From IMG/VR virus record IMGVR_UViG_3300047384_000085, positions 667 to 64,666 of that record: a stretch of 64,000 nucleotides of DNA, one strand, 5' to 3'. The translations under genes and the position numbers were made by a program. The notes beneath the pieces were generated by a model that saw only the letters and a program-made list of their open reading frames with translations, did no database searches and was not told the DNA's origin. This DNA is from a virus (Duplodnaviria > Caudoviricetes). Positions 27,776 to 38,405 of this stretch are shown one piece after another. The first letter of the stretch is position 1; the number at the start of each line of letters is the position of its first letter.

Positions 27776-28801
27776 ATGCCAGCAAAAAACCTGTATCAAT
27801 ACCCCCTTCACGATGAAGGTGACTATAAAGGTAGAATTAGATTTACTCTTTTCGCTGAGTCCTATCTCAATACTGGACTTTCGGATGTTTTGAATGAGAA
27901 AAAGTCTAATATAAAAGATCTCAATGAGAAACGTGAATCCTTACTTAAACAATCATCAGACGAAGAAGAATCGGGTGTGGTTAAAGATACCACCAGATCT
28001 ATTCTAGATAGAACTGAACTAGAATTACAAGAATTGACCGCAGATTTAAAGGCGTTCGATGGGAACACTAACAATGTAGAAGTGGGTTCGAAACCCAGAC
28101 AACTTATTGATACTGAAGTGTTGTTATATCTTCCACAGGGTTTACAGTTTAGGGATAATGTAACGTATGAGAATGTTGATGTAGGTGCGACAGGAGCTGC
28201 GGTATCTCAAGGTGCATCCATACTAGGTTCTATGGCAGATGGTGTAGGGTCATTTGTACAGGGAATGGCAGGCGGTGCCTCGGACGGTCTCGCAAAACTA
28301 GCGACTGTAAAGATGGCAGCAGCTGCAGGCAAGTTTAGTGATGAGGTTACGGCAGGTCTTAAACTACAAACTGGTGTTACTACCAATCCTAATTCACGTT
28401 CGTTGTTTAAACAAGTTAACATGCGTGAGTTCCAGTTCAACTTCAAGATGATTGCTCGATCTAAAAAAGAGGCTGATCAGATCAAAAAGATTGTTAAATT
28501 TTTCAGGTCAGAATTATATCCAGAAGACATTGAAGTGACAATTGGTGGTCAAGAATTATCTATTGGTTATCAGTTTCCAAACAAATTTAATATCGAATTT
28601 GAATACGAAGATAAGATGATTGCACATAAAGTGAAACCTTGTTTCTTACGTTCAGTCGATACCACATACAACGCAAGTCAGATGGCATTCCACGATGACG
28701 GCGAGTTCTTAGAAGTAGACATGAACCTTAACTTTACTGAAACCGTGACACTGTCCAAGAAAGATGTTCTTGAAACAGATGCGGATGGAGTTGGATTCTA
28801 A
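27776..28801 (+). CDS. gp48: Baseplate tail-tube cap
   Basis: LYLP, NPNSRSLF...MREFQFNFKM, FRSELYP, LNFTE. Confidence 0.85.
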   Translation: MPAKNLYQYPLHDEGDYKGRIRFTLFAESYLNTGLSDVLNEKKSNIKDLNEKRESLLKQSSDEEESGVVKDTTRSILDRTELELQELTADLKAFDGNTNNVEVGSKPRQLIDTEVLLYLPQGLQFRDNVTYENVDVGATGAAVSQGASILGSMADGVGSFVQGMAGGASDGLAKLATVKMAAAAGKFSDEVTAGLKLQTGVTTNPNSRSLFKQVNMREFQFNFKMIARSKKEADQIKKIVKFFRSELYPEDIEVTIGGQELSIGYQFPNKFNIEFEYEDKMIAHKVKPCFLRSVDTTYNASQMAFHDDGEFLEVDMNLNFTETVTLSKKDVLETDADGVGF

Positions 28802-29898
28802 TGAGTACAAATTTCTTTCAAAACTTTGAGAAAATATATTACCAGTTTGGTGATGAGAGCAGTTTTTCTCTAATGCAAAACCTGACTCAATATGTAGATC
28901 TTATTGATCATTTGAAATCTCAAACAGCATTCTATGAAGATTACACAATTAAGTCGGGAGATAGACCAGACACGTTATCGTTACAGTTATATGGTGATCC
29001 AAAGTATTACTGGACATTCTTTTTGTTGAATGATGACTTACGTGAATCTGGTTGGCCCTTAAAGAACGAAGAAGTTTTAAAAAGAACGAAAGAGTTTTAT
29101 CCTCACCGTGTACTTACGATCAACAGTGATATTAGTTCGGCAGAAGGTGGGTATGACTTTAGAGTAGGTCGAAGAATTGAAGGCAATGACTCTGGTACAC
29201 ACGGTATAATCATCAAACGTAATCTAGATCTAGGTCAATTGATAGTAGATGTGAAAACTGATGCTAAATTACTTGACCCTCCAAGGGAGTTCATACTAGA
29301 TGTGAATAGTAACGGTGTGGCAGAAATTCAGTTAACCAATGAACAAGAAATTTTTGCTACTCCAGATCTCTGGAAATTAACTAAACAGGACTTGAGTGAA
29401 ACCGACTCCGAACCACTCTTGGTTGCTGGACACAATATAGAACTTACGGAGTTAAACACTAAAGCAAAGATAACAAGTATACCTTTCCAACCCGATGACA
29501 ATGTTCGTACTTTTGAATATAAACTAGTTCCTGTCATAAACTTAATTAATCCAGTCGAAGGTAGATTCCTCCCAGGCGAAGTTCTGAGAATGTTCGACCC
29601 AACGACAGGATTAGAAGTTCAAAAAAGAATTGCCCTAGATGATGACGGAGACGATAGTACATTAGACTATCAATCAGAAACCGCTCAGTATCTTGCCGTT
29701 CATCATTATGAGAACTCTGATGGAGAATTTGTAGACATTGATCCGTATAATTCAACTCTTCCATCAGGATTGACCGCAGTTACCAATCTAGAAAGGGTTC
29801 AGAAAAAGAATGATGATTTAAAACAAATTAAAATTTTAAAACCAGATATGATACAGACAATAGTTAAAGACTTTTATAGTCTAATGAATCAAAGATGA
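28801..29898 (+). CDS. gp53: Baseplate wedge protein (with central insertion)
   Basis: YTIKSGDRPDTLSLQLYGDPKYYWTFFLLN (LysM-like), HHYE, QIKILKP. Confidence 0.85.
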   Translation: MSTNFFQNFEKIYYQFGDESSFSLMQNLTQYVDLIDHLKSQTAFYEDYTIKSGDRPDTLSLQLYGDPKYYWTFFLLNDDLRESGWPLKNEEVLKRTKEFYPHRVLTINSDISSAEGGYDFRVGRRIEGNDSGTHGIIIKRNLDLGQLIVDVKTDAKLLDPPREFILDVNSNGVAEIQLTNEQEIFATPDLWKLTKQDLSETDSEPLLVAGHNIELTELNTKAKITSIPFQPDDNVRTFEYKLVPVINLINPVEGRFLPGEVLRMFDPTTGLEVQKRIALDDDGDDSTLDYQSETAQYLAVHHYENSDGEFVDIDPYNSTLPSGLTAVTNLERVQKKNDDLKQIKILKPDMIQTIVKDFYSLMNQR

Positions 29899-31235
29899 GT
29901 GTACAGAACGACAATCAATCGCAATACAAAATCACTCAGGCGTACATAACGTCTGAGTCTTTAGGTGGTGATGTCGATCCTTCCGCCAGAGTAAACATAA
30001 ACAGTAGTATTGTTGAATTGGTATTTTTTGAGAGTCTAGAAAAAGCATATATTTCTGGTCAGATTGCAGTATCGGACGATCAAGGTTTCGTTGATGCTAT
30101 TGGATTTTCTGGAACAGAAAGATTGTTTATCGAAATGGCAACTGAAGACCCTTCTTTACAACCAGTAATGTCTAGATCATTTATTATGACTAGTATCGAT
30201 CAATCAATTAAATCAAACGATGCTGGGCAAGCCAGTATATATGTATTTACTATTATCGATGAACATGCATTTTTGAGTAAGACTAAAAAGGTTAGTAGGT
30301 CGTTGACCGATTCTCTTGAAAATGAGATAATGAAGTTATGTATTCAGGACATGAAAAAGAAGATTGATGTTTCTTATCTTTACCCTTCTATTCAAAACAA
30401 CGTTAAAGTACTCATACCTTATCTGCATCCACTTGAGGCATGTGAGTGGTTAAGAGATCGTGCGACTACAGTAAATGGTTGTCCATTGTTCTTGTATGCT
30501 TCTATCCACGACACCAATTTAAGATTGGGTAGTCTGGATAAGATGTTGGAACAAAAACCTTGGAACGAGAAACTTCCATATTTGTATTCGCCATCAAACG
30601 TAAGGAGGACAGAAGACAAGTCTCCGTTGCATCGTACAATGCAAGTACAAACTATGCGATCTAGTAAAATGCAGAATACAATGAAACAACTTATGTCGGG
30701 TGGTATTGGTGCTATCTATAATAACACAAATTTAGGAACAGGTCAAGTTACTTCTCAACGTTTTGATGTCACTAAAGTTATTAAAAAGTTAGTGAATAAT
30801 GAAATTATACCTAACAACAAAACTCAAAATGTTTATCCCGAAGAATTTAAAATCGATGATAAGTCTTTACATAATCAAGAAGCAAAAATATTTCATCAGA
30901 TCACGTCTACTGGCACATATGGGACATGGAAGAGTTATCATGATGAGTTAAAGCCAGGAACATTTACTGTGAAGGTTGGTAACTACGCTATTCGTAATAT
31001 GTTATATAAAAATATGTTTGAGGTTACTGTGCCTGGAGCAGGGTTTATTGTTTCGAAAGCAAGTGTTGGTGATATTGTAACAATCAATACCTTATCAGAC
31101 GATGGTGACAACACAACAAGGGCGACATTTGATCAATTACGATCAGGTGACTTTTTGATTTATAATGTCAGACACACATTCAAGAATACTCGACATGATG
31201 TTGTCATGTCCGTATGTAAGTTGGTGAGGGGATAA
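29895..31235 (+). CDS. Baseplate hub protein (gp27-like)
   Basis: FFESL...GQIAVSD...GTERL, VPG...GD, SGDFLIYNVRHTF; lies between gp53 and gp5. Confidence 0.65.
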   Translation: MSVQNDNQSQYKITQAYITSESLGGDVDPSARVNINSSIVELVFFESLEKAYISGQIAVSDDQGFVDAIGFSGTERLFIEMATEDPSLQPVMSRSFIMTSIDQSIKSNDAGQASIYVFTIIDEHAFLSKTKKVSRSLTDSLENEIMKLCIQDMKKKIDVSYLYPSIQNNVKVLIPYLHPLEACEWLRDRATTVNGCPLFLYASIHDTNLRLGSLDKMLEQKPWNEKLPYLYSPSNVRRTEDKSPLHRTMQVQTMRSSKMQNTMKQLMSGGIGAIYNNTNLGTGQVTSQRFDVTKVIKKLVNNEIIPNNKTQNVYPEEFKIDDKSLHNQEAKIFHQITSTGTYGTWKSYHDELKPGTFTVKVGNYAIRNMLYKNMFEVTVPGAGFIVSKASVGDIVTINTLSDDGDNTTRATFDQLRSGDFLIYNVRHTFKNTRHDVVMSVCKLVRG

Positions 31236-32122
31236 TGAAGGCAATTCAAACAGAATACTACGGTGATAATACTCGTTGGTTTGTGGCAGATGTCATTGAC
31301 CACACACCCCCATACGGATATGAAGGTCGTGTCAAGATTCGTATCCACGGTATACACAATCCATCGACAAGAGAAATACCTCAGAACGATCTACCTTGGG
31401 CCCAAGTGGTATTACCCACAACCGAAGGTGGTGTGTCTGGTCTAGGTAGAACACCCAGACTCACTTCAGGTGCAACCGTATTTGGATTCTTCATGGACGG
31501 AATCGCATCTCAGGTTCCTTTGGTTGTAGGGTCAATACCTAAGACAGAATATCCTACTCGTGTACAGAGACAAGTAGAGTTTAGTACTATCCAAGAAAGG
31601 ATTGATCAAGAAGAAGTTTTTTATGAACAAGAGATACAAGTTATCGATTCAGCTAAGGTTGAAGATACTGAGTATGATTTTGTATACGGAGACACTGTCG
31701 AATCACGTAAACTAGAAGCAATAAAATATTTTATGAATGCTGGTTACAACCTAAATCAATCAATAGGTATGGTCGCTTGTCTGTTAAATGTGTCTAATTT
31801 AAATAAAACTGGAATAGAAGAACAAACAGAACAGAATCCTCTGGGTATTGCTGGTTGGAAAAATGAACGAAAACTTCTATTGAAACGATTCTCGAATGAC
31901 TGGAGAAAGTTCAGTTCTCAGTTGGTGTTTATTAAGTACGAACTAAATAGTACTCAAGCAGCTGCGAACATACGACTAAAAAGAACCGACACTCTAGAGA
32001 AAGATTCACCAAACAGTTGTCAGAGAATTTTTGGAAAATATTATCTTGGTTTTAAAAAGGATGATCAATTCCAAAGTGTTGATAAACTTGTTGTCGGTCT
32101 TCAAACTTTGGTAGGCGAATAA
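31235..32122 (+). CDS. gp5: gp5 N-terminal OB-fold fused to a degenerate phage tail lysozyme domain
   Basis: GRVKIRIHGIH, DLPWA, VFGFFMDG...P.VVG; C-terminal GIAGW...R...QLVFIKYEL. Confidence 0.8.
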   Translation: MKAIQTEYYGDNTRWFVADVIDHTPPYGYEGRVKIRIHGIHNPSTREIPQNDLPWAQVVLPTTEGGVSGLGRTPRLTSGATVFGFFMDGIASQVPLVVGSIPKTEYPTRVQRQVEFSTIQERIDQEEVFYEQEIQVIDSAKVEDTEYDFVYGDTVESRKLEAIKYFMNAGYNLNQSIGMVACLLNVSNLNKTGIEEQTEQNPLGIAGWKNERKLLLKRFSNDWRKFSSQLVFIKYELNSTQAAANIRLKRTDTLEKDSPNSCQRIFGKYYLGFKKDDQFQSVDKLVVGLQTLVGE

Positions 32123-34048
32123 ATGGCGTTAAGTAAAGAACAGTTAAACGATAGGTTGAACCATAACCAAAAAGGTCAAAGTTTTGGTACAGATGTATTG
32201 TCCAATGCTATCGACCTAAAGGAAAAGAACTTCGCAAAGAACGCAACTCTTCTTGGTGATGGGCCTGGCAGTATACATGCTGGTATCGAATCACTGGAAA
32301 GTAAAGTAGATAATGCAGGGAGTACATCTACTGGTGATGCGATGTGTTCCTTCGGTGACGAGGTTACTGGTATCTCTGGTGTACCCGACCCAACAAAGAT
32401 AGAAGTTGATTTATCCGTTCCAGTATTTACCGTTTCTTCTAATACACCTAGTTCCGATTCTGCTGTAGAGACAACAATAACAGCAGGCGCAACAGAGAAT
32501 CAACCTGTATCATCGGTAGTACAACAACTTACAGGACTAGGCGCACCTACGGCAAAACTAGAAACACAGACTCTAGGCGGTTCCTCATTAGATGCGATTG
32601 ATGCGACTGCAAGTGATGCGACTGGTAAATCAAATGTATTGAAAGATAAGATTCAAGGTGTGGCGGCGGAAACCAAGGCCGCATCTGGTACTGGTGGTGG
32701 CGCATCTGGTGGACTAGGTGCTGTCACAGGTGCGTTGAAGAAAGCGGGAGATATGATATCAGAAGTCGCAAAAGAAGTTTCGTCTATTCCTTCTTTAAAT
32801 CCTAATGCGCCTGATCTCAGTAATGTGAAAAACTCTGTAGGATCAATACCAGATCCATCTAGTGTGGGTAATCTAAATTCCGTTTCTGTATCGATAGGAA
32901 CGATTGATGACGAGATTTCTAACAAGATAAACCCTTCGGCCGACAAGTTAAATGAGTCGCAGAAAGAACAGGATGGATTTTTTAATCGTAACCCAGTCAA
33001 AACTGGTCTAGGTCTACTACAAGATCTTGTTGAAGACATAACTAAAAACGTTACATCTAAAATTAAAACATTTACCAGTAATGCAAAACTACCTAATACC
33101 GCAGTTTCCGATATTGCCACCAATGCCTTGAATACTCAAAGTGAGGAAGATAGAGACAAGGCAACTCAAGACATCATTAGAAGAGATACGACATTTAGTC
33201 CAGAAATGAAAGCAGTTGTCGATAACGTACCTGAAGGATTTTCCAATTCGGATTTCGTGGCAGATCTAAAAGTGAAAGCTGAAGCAGCGAACATCCCAGA
33301 TGAGGAAATACAATTAGTGCAGGGTCGGGTCTTTCAGGTTCAAGATGAATTGCAACTGTTGGATAGTACTATCTCTGGTAGTTTGATAAAAAGTTCAGAC
33401 GACTTTGTAGTTGAAGAATATGATCTAAGTGAGACACTAACTAAATTTGATGGTCAACAAACTGCGTTTGATACATTCACTTATGTTGATTCCAAAGAAG
33501 AACTAGGCGCAGAGTTTAGAAAAATACAAAGAGTTATAACACAGTTGATTGTCCACGCATCGGATACATACACAAACCAAAACATTGGTTCCGAAGAATT
33601 ACATATATCCCACAATCAATCAGGCGTTGATGGACTACAGTATCATTATGTTATCAGAAGAGATGGTCGTTTACAGAGAGGACGACCATTAGATACCGTA
33701 GGTGAGTCTAGTAAACTTAGAGGACATAATATCCAGTCTATAGATATCTGCATTGTGGGCGGACTAAACTGTTCTACTGGTTGTGAGAATCCAGATCAGT
33801 ATCGTTCGTCACAATCATTTACTCGTGAACAGATGACCACACTAGAATCGTTATGTGAAGCGTTCTACCGAAGATATCATGGTGGACAAGTGTTTGGACA
33901 CAACGAAATCGAACCACAAGTTACTGACCCATACTTCGATGTTTCCCAGTATGTTGAAACGATGTTCCGTAAGAAATCTGTTTATGTAGATCTATTTAAA
34001 GACCAATCGTTAACACCAAATGAATTGATAACGAAGAAACCACAATGA
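32123..34048 (+). CDS. Baseplate-associated protein with a C-terminal N-acetylmuramoyl-L-alanine amidase (Amidase_2)
   Basis: IVHAS, YHYVIRRDGRLQRGRP, GHN, SIDICIVGG, FTREQ, VFGHNE...DP. Confidence 0.85.
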   Translation: MALSKEQLNDRLNHNQKGQSFGTDVLSNAIDLKEKNFAKNATLLGDGPGSIHAGIESLESKVDNAGSTSTGDAMCSFGDEVTGISGVPDPTKIEVDLSVPVFTVSSNTPSSDSAVETTITAGATENQPVSSVVQQLTGLGAPTAKLETQTLGGSSLDAIDATASDATGKSNVLKDKIQGVAAETKAASGTGGGASGGLGAVTGALKKAGDMISEVAKEVSSIPSLNPNAPDLSNVKNSVGSIPDPSSVGNLNSVSVSIGTIDDEISNKINPSADKLNESQKEQDGFFNRNPVKTGLGLLQDLVEDITKNVTSKIKTFTSNAKLPNTAVSDIATNALNTQSEEDRDKATQDIIRRDTTFSPEMKAVVDNVPEGFSNSDFVADLKVKAEAANIPDEEIQLVQGRVFQVQDELQLLDSTISGSLIKSSDDFVVEEYDLSETLTKFDGQQTAFDTFTYVDSKEELGAEFRKIQRVITQLIVHASDTYTNQNIGSEELHISHNQSGVDGLQYHYVIRRDGRLQRGRPLDTVGESSKLRGHNIQSIDICIVGGLNCSTGCENPDQYRSSQSFTREQMTTLESLCEAFYRRYHGGQVFGHNEIEPQVTDPYFDVSQYVETMFRKKSVYVDLFKDQSLTPNELITKKPQ

Positions 34049-35484
34049 CAATACAAAACGATAAAGACAAACTAGGACAAAATCCTGCTAGAGACAAAAC
34101 TCTTGGCGTCCCATTAGACGGTTTCCAAGATCCTACAGGTGAGTTTCCCAAGATAAACTACCACTACTCAAACTCTATAAACTATGCGGCTCGTGGTTTT
34201 GAAGTAAACGAATTATATCTTGGGGGTGGTGATTTCAATGTATCACTCAACCTAGAAGATCAACAACCTTCACAGTATCCATTCAATCAGGTTCAAGAGA
34301 CTGCATCTGGTCATGTGATCGAATACGATGACACCCCAGGCGGAGAACGTATTCTTATCAAACACCGTAAAGGTGGTGGTATTGAAATGCGTGCCGATGG
34401 TTCTATCATTATATCATCCCCGAACAATAAAGTCGAGGTGACTGGTGGAGACAATACGGTCATCGTAGAAGGTGATGCAGAGATGGTCTATAAAGGTAAT
34501 CTGAACCAGACGGTTACAGGTGACTGGAATATGGACGTGGGTGGTAACCACAATCTTAACATACATGGACACAATAAGCAAACAGTATTGTTGAACAAAA
34601 GAACCGAAGTATGTGGCAACACAGAACATATCACTAAACAGTCTGCCTCATACAAGACTGTAGAGAACAAGACAGAACTCGTGTTGGGTAATAACACCGA
34701 GTGGACTAAAGGATATTCTAAGGAACATGTTGAGGGAGAACTCAATGTGTTTACTGACAATCGTTTAATCATGACTGCAAAGGACGAGTACATTCAGACC
34801 GCACCAGTAATGGCAATCACAGGTGCAGAGTTATCGGTCATGGGTATGAAAGGTGTGATCGGGGGTGAACAGGTAGAGATAACATCACCTGTTTACATGG
34901 GGCCAAAAGGTGCGGTTCCATTTGCATCTGGTGCCGCCTTCTATGGATCATTCCACGGACAGGCAACAGAGGCGATTAGATCATACAATTCAAATGTTGC
35001 AAAACACGCTGAAGTATCGGATACGACTAATGGTCAGTCATATGGTGAAGCGCTTACTTCAGGCGGTAAACATGGTAAGAAAAACAAAGCAGCTGTCGAA
35101 ACACAAGAGACTCCAACACCGAAGAAACCAGTCCCACTTGCAGATGCTATCGGTGCAATGATGACTATGGGTGACTTCTCTGTACGTACCGTGACTGTAG
35201 ATGCTGAAGATGTATTGAAGAACAAGATACTTCTACGTGATGACTTCGAAGGTCTCTTTGAGAAGATACCTACAACACAAGAGATTCGATCTACTATTCG
35301 TGATACTGCTAACCGTTCTTTGATTGGAAACAAGATGGTCGGTGAAGGTAGACTAAATGCACAATACGACAATTCGAGTCCTCCGAAGATTGGTAGAACT
35401 GCATCTGCAAAACAGTCTTTACGATTTGGTCGTATACCTATCGGCAATTCTATTGGTAGCAGAGGTAAGAGGTTCAAAGGATGA
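34045..35484 (+). CDS. gp5: gp5 C-terminal part (beta-helix spike)
   Basis: DPTGEFP, YPFNQVQETASGHVIEYDDTPGGERI, VxGx repeats. Confidence 0.85.
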   Translation: MTIQNDKDKLGQNPARDKTLGVPLDGFQDPTGEFPKINYHYSNSINYAARGFEVNELYLGGGDFNVSLNLEDQQPSQYPFNQVQETASGHVIEYDDTPGGERILIKHRKGGGIEMRADGSIIISSPNNKVEVTGGDNTVIVEGDAEMVYKGNLNQTVTGDWNMDVGGNHNLNIHGHNKQTVLLNKRTEVCGNTEHITKQSASYKTVENKTELVLGNNTEWTKGYSKEHVEGELNVFTDNRLIMTAKDEYIQTAPVMAITGAELSVMGMKGVIGGEQVEITSPVYMGPKGAVPFASGAAFYGSFHGQATEAIRSYNSNVAKHAEVSDTTNGQSYGEALTSGGKHGKKNKAAVETQETPTPKKPVPLADAIGAMMTMGDFSVRTVTVDAEDVLKNKILLRDDFEGLFEKIPTTQEIRSTIRDTANRSLIGNKMVGEGRLNAQYDNSSPPKIGRTASAKQSLRFGRIPIGNSIGSRGKRFKG

Positions 35485-36077
35485 TTATATTACCAGATCC
35501 AATTTACAATCCAAACTTTCTTGATGGTGATAGTATTTCGTCAAGAACCAAGTTAGCGCCAGGCGTAACCATTGCGAAATACCTTGGTGCGTATGGAGAC
35601 AAGACACCGTTCTCTCATATCGGTACGGCAGAAGAAAGGAAACAGATTGCACGTAACCTTTATCTACATGCAGAGATGTACAGAACGATCAACGGTAATA
35701 CCGAGTTGTTCAATGATGTACGGTTGATCGTGAGTGAAGGAATATACAAAGGTGGCCCTCTAGAAACAGTTGGAGGAGACAACATCAAGAAACAAAATGG
35801 TCGTGTTGTAGTATATCAAGTTATTGATAGAGAAGGCAAGATAGACCACGCCTCAACTTATGATATAGCGAAATACTGGAAAGATTATTGTTTTTATGAC
35901 AAGTTATGTTTAGACTATGACATCTATAATCCAGATGGTTCGTTAACCTCACAGATTGTAGTTGAAATAGCAGATGTTCCAGAATCGTTTGACGTTAATT
36001 TTAAGTTACAAATTGCAACAAATTATAACGGAAAACTTCTTTCTGGTGGCGAATTAACTGAAGTAAAGTTAGACTAA
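35481..36077 (+). CDS. Baseplate-associated protein, possibly a degenerate peptidase M15-like fold
   Basis: KLAPGVTI, RNL, IVSEGIY, GRVVVY and YDKLCLDY follow the M15 pattern, but the metal-binding His/Asp residues are missing. Confidence 0.45.
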   Translation: MIILPDPIYNPNFLDGDSISSRTKLAPGVTIAKYLGAYGDKTPFSHIGTAEERKQIARNLYLHAEMYRTINGNTELFNDVRLIVSEGIYKGGPLETVGGDNIKKQNGRVVVYQVIDREGKIDHASTYDIAKYWKDYCFYDKLCLDYDIYNPDGSLTSQIVVEIADVPESFDVNFKLQIATNYNGKLLSGGELTEVKLD

Positions 36078-36081
36078 CACG

Positions 36082-36089
36082 TATAAATA
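36082..36089 (+). promoter_or_regulatory. T4-type late promoter
   Basis: TATAAATA before gp25. Confidence 0.8.
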
Positions 36090-36116
36090 GATACAAGGTT
36101 ATTTTAAGAGACTATT

Positions 36117-36575
36117 ATGGCAACATTAAAAGCATTATCGATAGAGGACGCTAACCTATCGAATCTTGTTACGTTGAAAACTACCCAGAACAAAGAATAT
36201 TCTGATCTGGATATTTCTCTTGCGTTGACAACATCGACAAAAGATGTTTTTAAAAAGACTAACGTAGAAGCGGTTAAGTTTGCGGTGAAGAATCTCTTGT
36301 TAACAAATCAAGGCGAAAAACCATTCAATCCATATTTTGGCGGAAACCTTTATGATTTCTTATTTGAATTGGCTGACGAACATACAGAAAGAAGTATGAT
36401 TCGTGAGATTAAAAATGTTATAGAAGTTTACGAACCACGTGTTGATATTTCTACCTTAGATGTACGTATTAACATGGCACCAGATCAGAACTCAGCAGAA
36501 TTAACGATTGTCTTTAAGATAATCAATACTGGAGAGTTAGCAGAATTCACTACCGTATTAAGTAGGTTAAGATAA
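36117..36575 (+). CDS. gp25: Baseplate wedge subunit
   Basis: YSDLD, AVKNLLLTNQGEKPFNPYFG, YEPRV. Confidence 0.92.
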   Translation: MATLKALSIEDANLSNLVTLKTTQNKEYSDLDISLALTTSTKDVFKKTNVEAVKFAVKNLLLTNQGEKPFNPYFGGNLYDFLFELADEHTERSMIREIKNVIEVYEPRVDISTLDVRINMAPDQNSAELTIVFKIINTGELAEFTTVLSRLR

Positions 36576-38405
36576 ATGGCGACAACGATTAAATCAACAG
36601 CGTTAGACTTTCAGGCAATTAAGAACAACCTGAAGGAATACCTTCAACAAGAAAAGGAATTTAAAGACTTTAACTTTGAAGCTTCGGGTCTTTCAAATGT
36701 TCTTGATGTGTTGGCATACAATACACACATGAATGCATTGACCGCTAACTTTGCCTTGAACGAAGCGTTTCTAGGAACCGCACAGTTGCGTAGTTCTTTA
36801 GTATCTCTTGCGGAGGGTATTGGTTATATCCCAGACAGTAAGAATGCATCTCTTGCTATGATTAAAATGTCGTTGAATTTATCTGCCGTTTCGAACCCAA
36901 GTCCTAGAATTGCACTCGCAGCTGGATACAAATTTGCGACATCTGTTGATGGTGTTGATTATACATTTCAAACAACACAAACTATTTCGGCATCAAATGA
37001 TGGTTTTGGTTTTTACGAATTTAAACAGGATAATGGATCTAACATTATTCCTATTAAGGAAGGTATTGCAAAAACTAAAACCTTTATCTCTGGTGATAAC
37101 ACAGAAAACATTACATATATTATCCCAGATAAAAACCTAGATCTTTCTACAGCGGTAGTTAAAGTATTCCCAAGTACTACTGCTATTAATTTCACAGCAT
37201 ATAGTAACATTCTAGACACTACTGTAATAAATGAGAATAGTACAATATACATTCTCAAAGAAATGCCTAATGGTCATTTCGAATTAACTTTTGGTAACGG
37301 TACTACTCTAGGAAAGACTCCTCAGCCAGGGAATAAGGTTGTTGTTGAATACTTATCTGTTGCTGGTTCGGATGCAAACTTTGCTGAAGTGTTTGAACCA
37401 GTTAGTGCTGTTGCAAATGTTGCACCCAACATCGATCAAGTTCCAACAGTTACTACAGAATCAAGAAGTTCTGGCGGAGCAGACAAAGAAACTGCGGAAT
37501 CGATTCGTAAGAACGCACCTTTCCAATATGCATCTCAGAATCGAATGGTAACTCACGCAGACTACTCTTCTTTAGTGTTACGTAACTTCTCTTCTTTGAT
37601 AAAGGATATCAAGACATGGGGCGGAGAAGACAACATTGTAAAAGAATACGGTTGTGTGTACATGTCGGTCTTATTTAATTCCGAAATACCACAGGCGACC
37701 ATAGATTCGACTAAGATATCTATACTGGATTTAGCAGAACAATTGTCCATTGCTTCTTTTTCATTAAAATTCTCTGATCCAGTCAAGACATTTATCGAAC
37801 TAGATACTAACTTTCAGTTTAACGAGAGGTTGACTTCATTGACGTTAAACACGATTACATCTGATGTTCGGGAAGTTATCCGTACATACTTCACGAATAA
37901 TACAGGAAAGTTCGGATTGTCATTCAGAAGATCCAACTTATTAACTTTGATAGATGATGTTTCTTCTGCCGTTTTATCTTCACGTACTGCTGTTAAGATG
38001 CAACAGAGAATCACGCCTATACTTGGCGGTAAGTATGACTACAAATTAAAATTCCCAGTTGATATTGCTGCTCAAGATGATGATGAATACATTGTTTCGT
38101 CAAGTAACTTTACACTAAATGGTGTTAGTTGTAAGATAAGAAACAAATTAAGTAGTAACACGTTACAAGTAATCAACCTACAGGACAACCGAGTATTGGT
38201 AGATGATGTGGGTTACTATAATACAGACGGTAATTTGCATTTGGTTGGATTTCAGGCAGATAGTCTGATATCAGGACAAACACAAATTAAAATTTCAGTT
38301 GTCGCTGCGAATCAATCTTCGATCACTCCTGTTCGGAATGATGTTTTGGAATTTGACGAAGCCGCTTCTCAGATAACTGGCGTACTAACTACAGCGACTA
38401 ACTAA
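36576..38405 (+). CDS. gp6: Baseplate wedge subunit
   Basis: LDFQAIKNNL, DFNFEASGL, LAYNTH, FGNG, SQNRMVTHADY, WGGED. Confidence 0.93.
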   Translation: MATTIKSTALDFQAIKNNLKEYLQQEKEFKDFNFEASGLSNVLDVLAYNTHMNALTANFALNEAFLGTAQLRSSLVSLAEGIGYIPDSKNASLAMIKMSLNLSAVSNPSPRIALAAGYKFATSVDGVDYTFQTTQTISASNDGFGFYEFKQDNGSNIIPIKEGIAKTKTFISGDNTENITYIIPDKNLDLSTAVVKVFPSTTAINFTAYSNILDTTVINENSTIYILKEMPNGHFELTFGNGTTLGKTPQPGNKVVVEYLSVAGSDANFAEVFEPVSAVANVAPNIDQVPTVTTESRSSGGADKETAESIRKNAPFQYASQNRMVTHADYSSLVLRNFSSLIKDIKTWGGEDNIVKEYGCVYMSVLFNSEIPQATIDSTKISILDLAEQLSIASFSLKFSDPVKTFIELDTNFQFNERLTSLTLNTITSDVREVIRTYFTNNTGKFGLSFRRSNLLTLIDDVSSAVLSSRTAVKMQQRITPILGGKYDYKLKFPVDIAAQDDDEYIVSSSNFTLNGVSCKIRNKLSSNTLQVINLQDNRVLVDDVGYYNTDGNLHLVGFQADSLISGQTQIKISVVAANQSSITPVRNDVLEFDEAASQITGVLTTATN

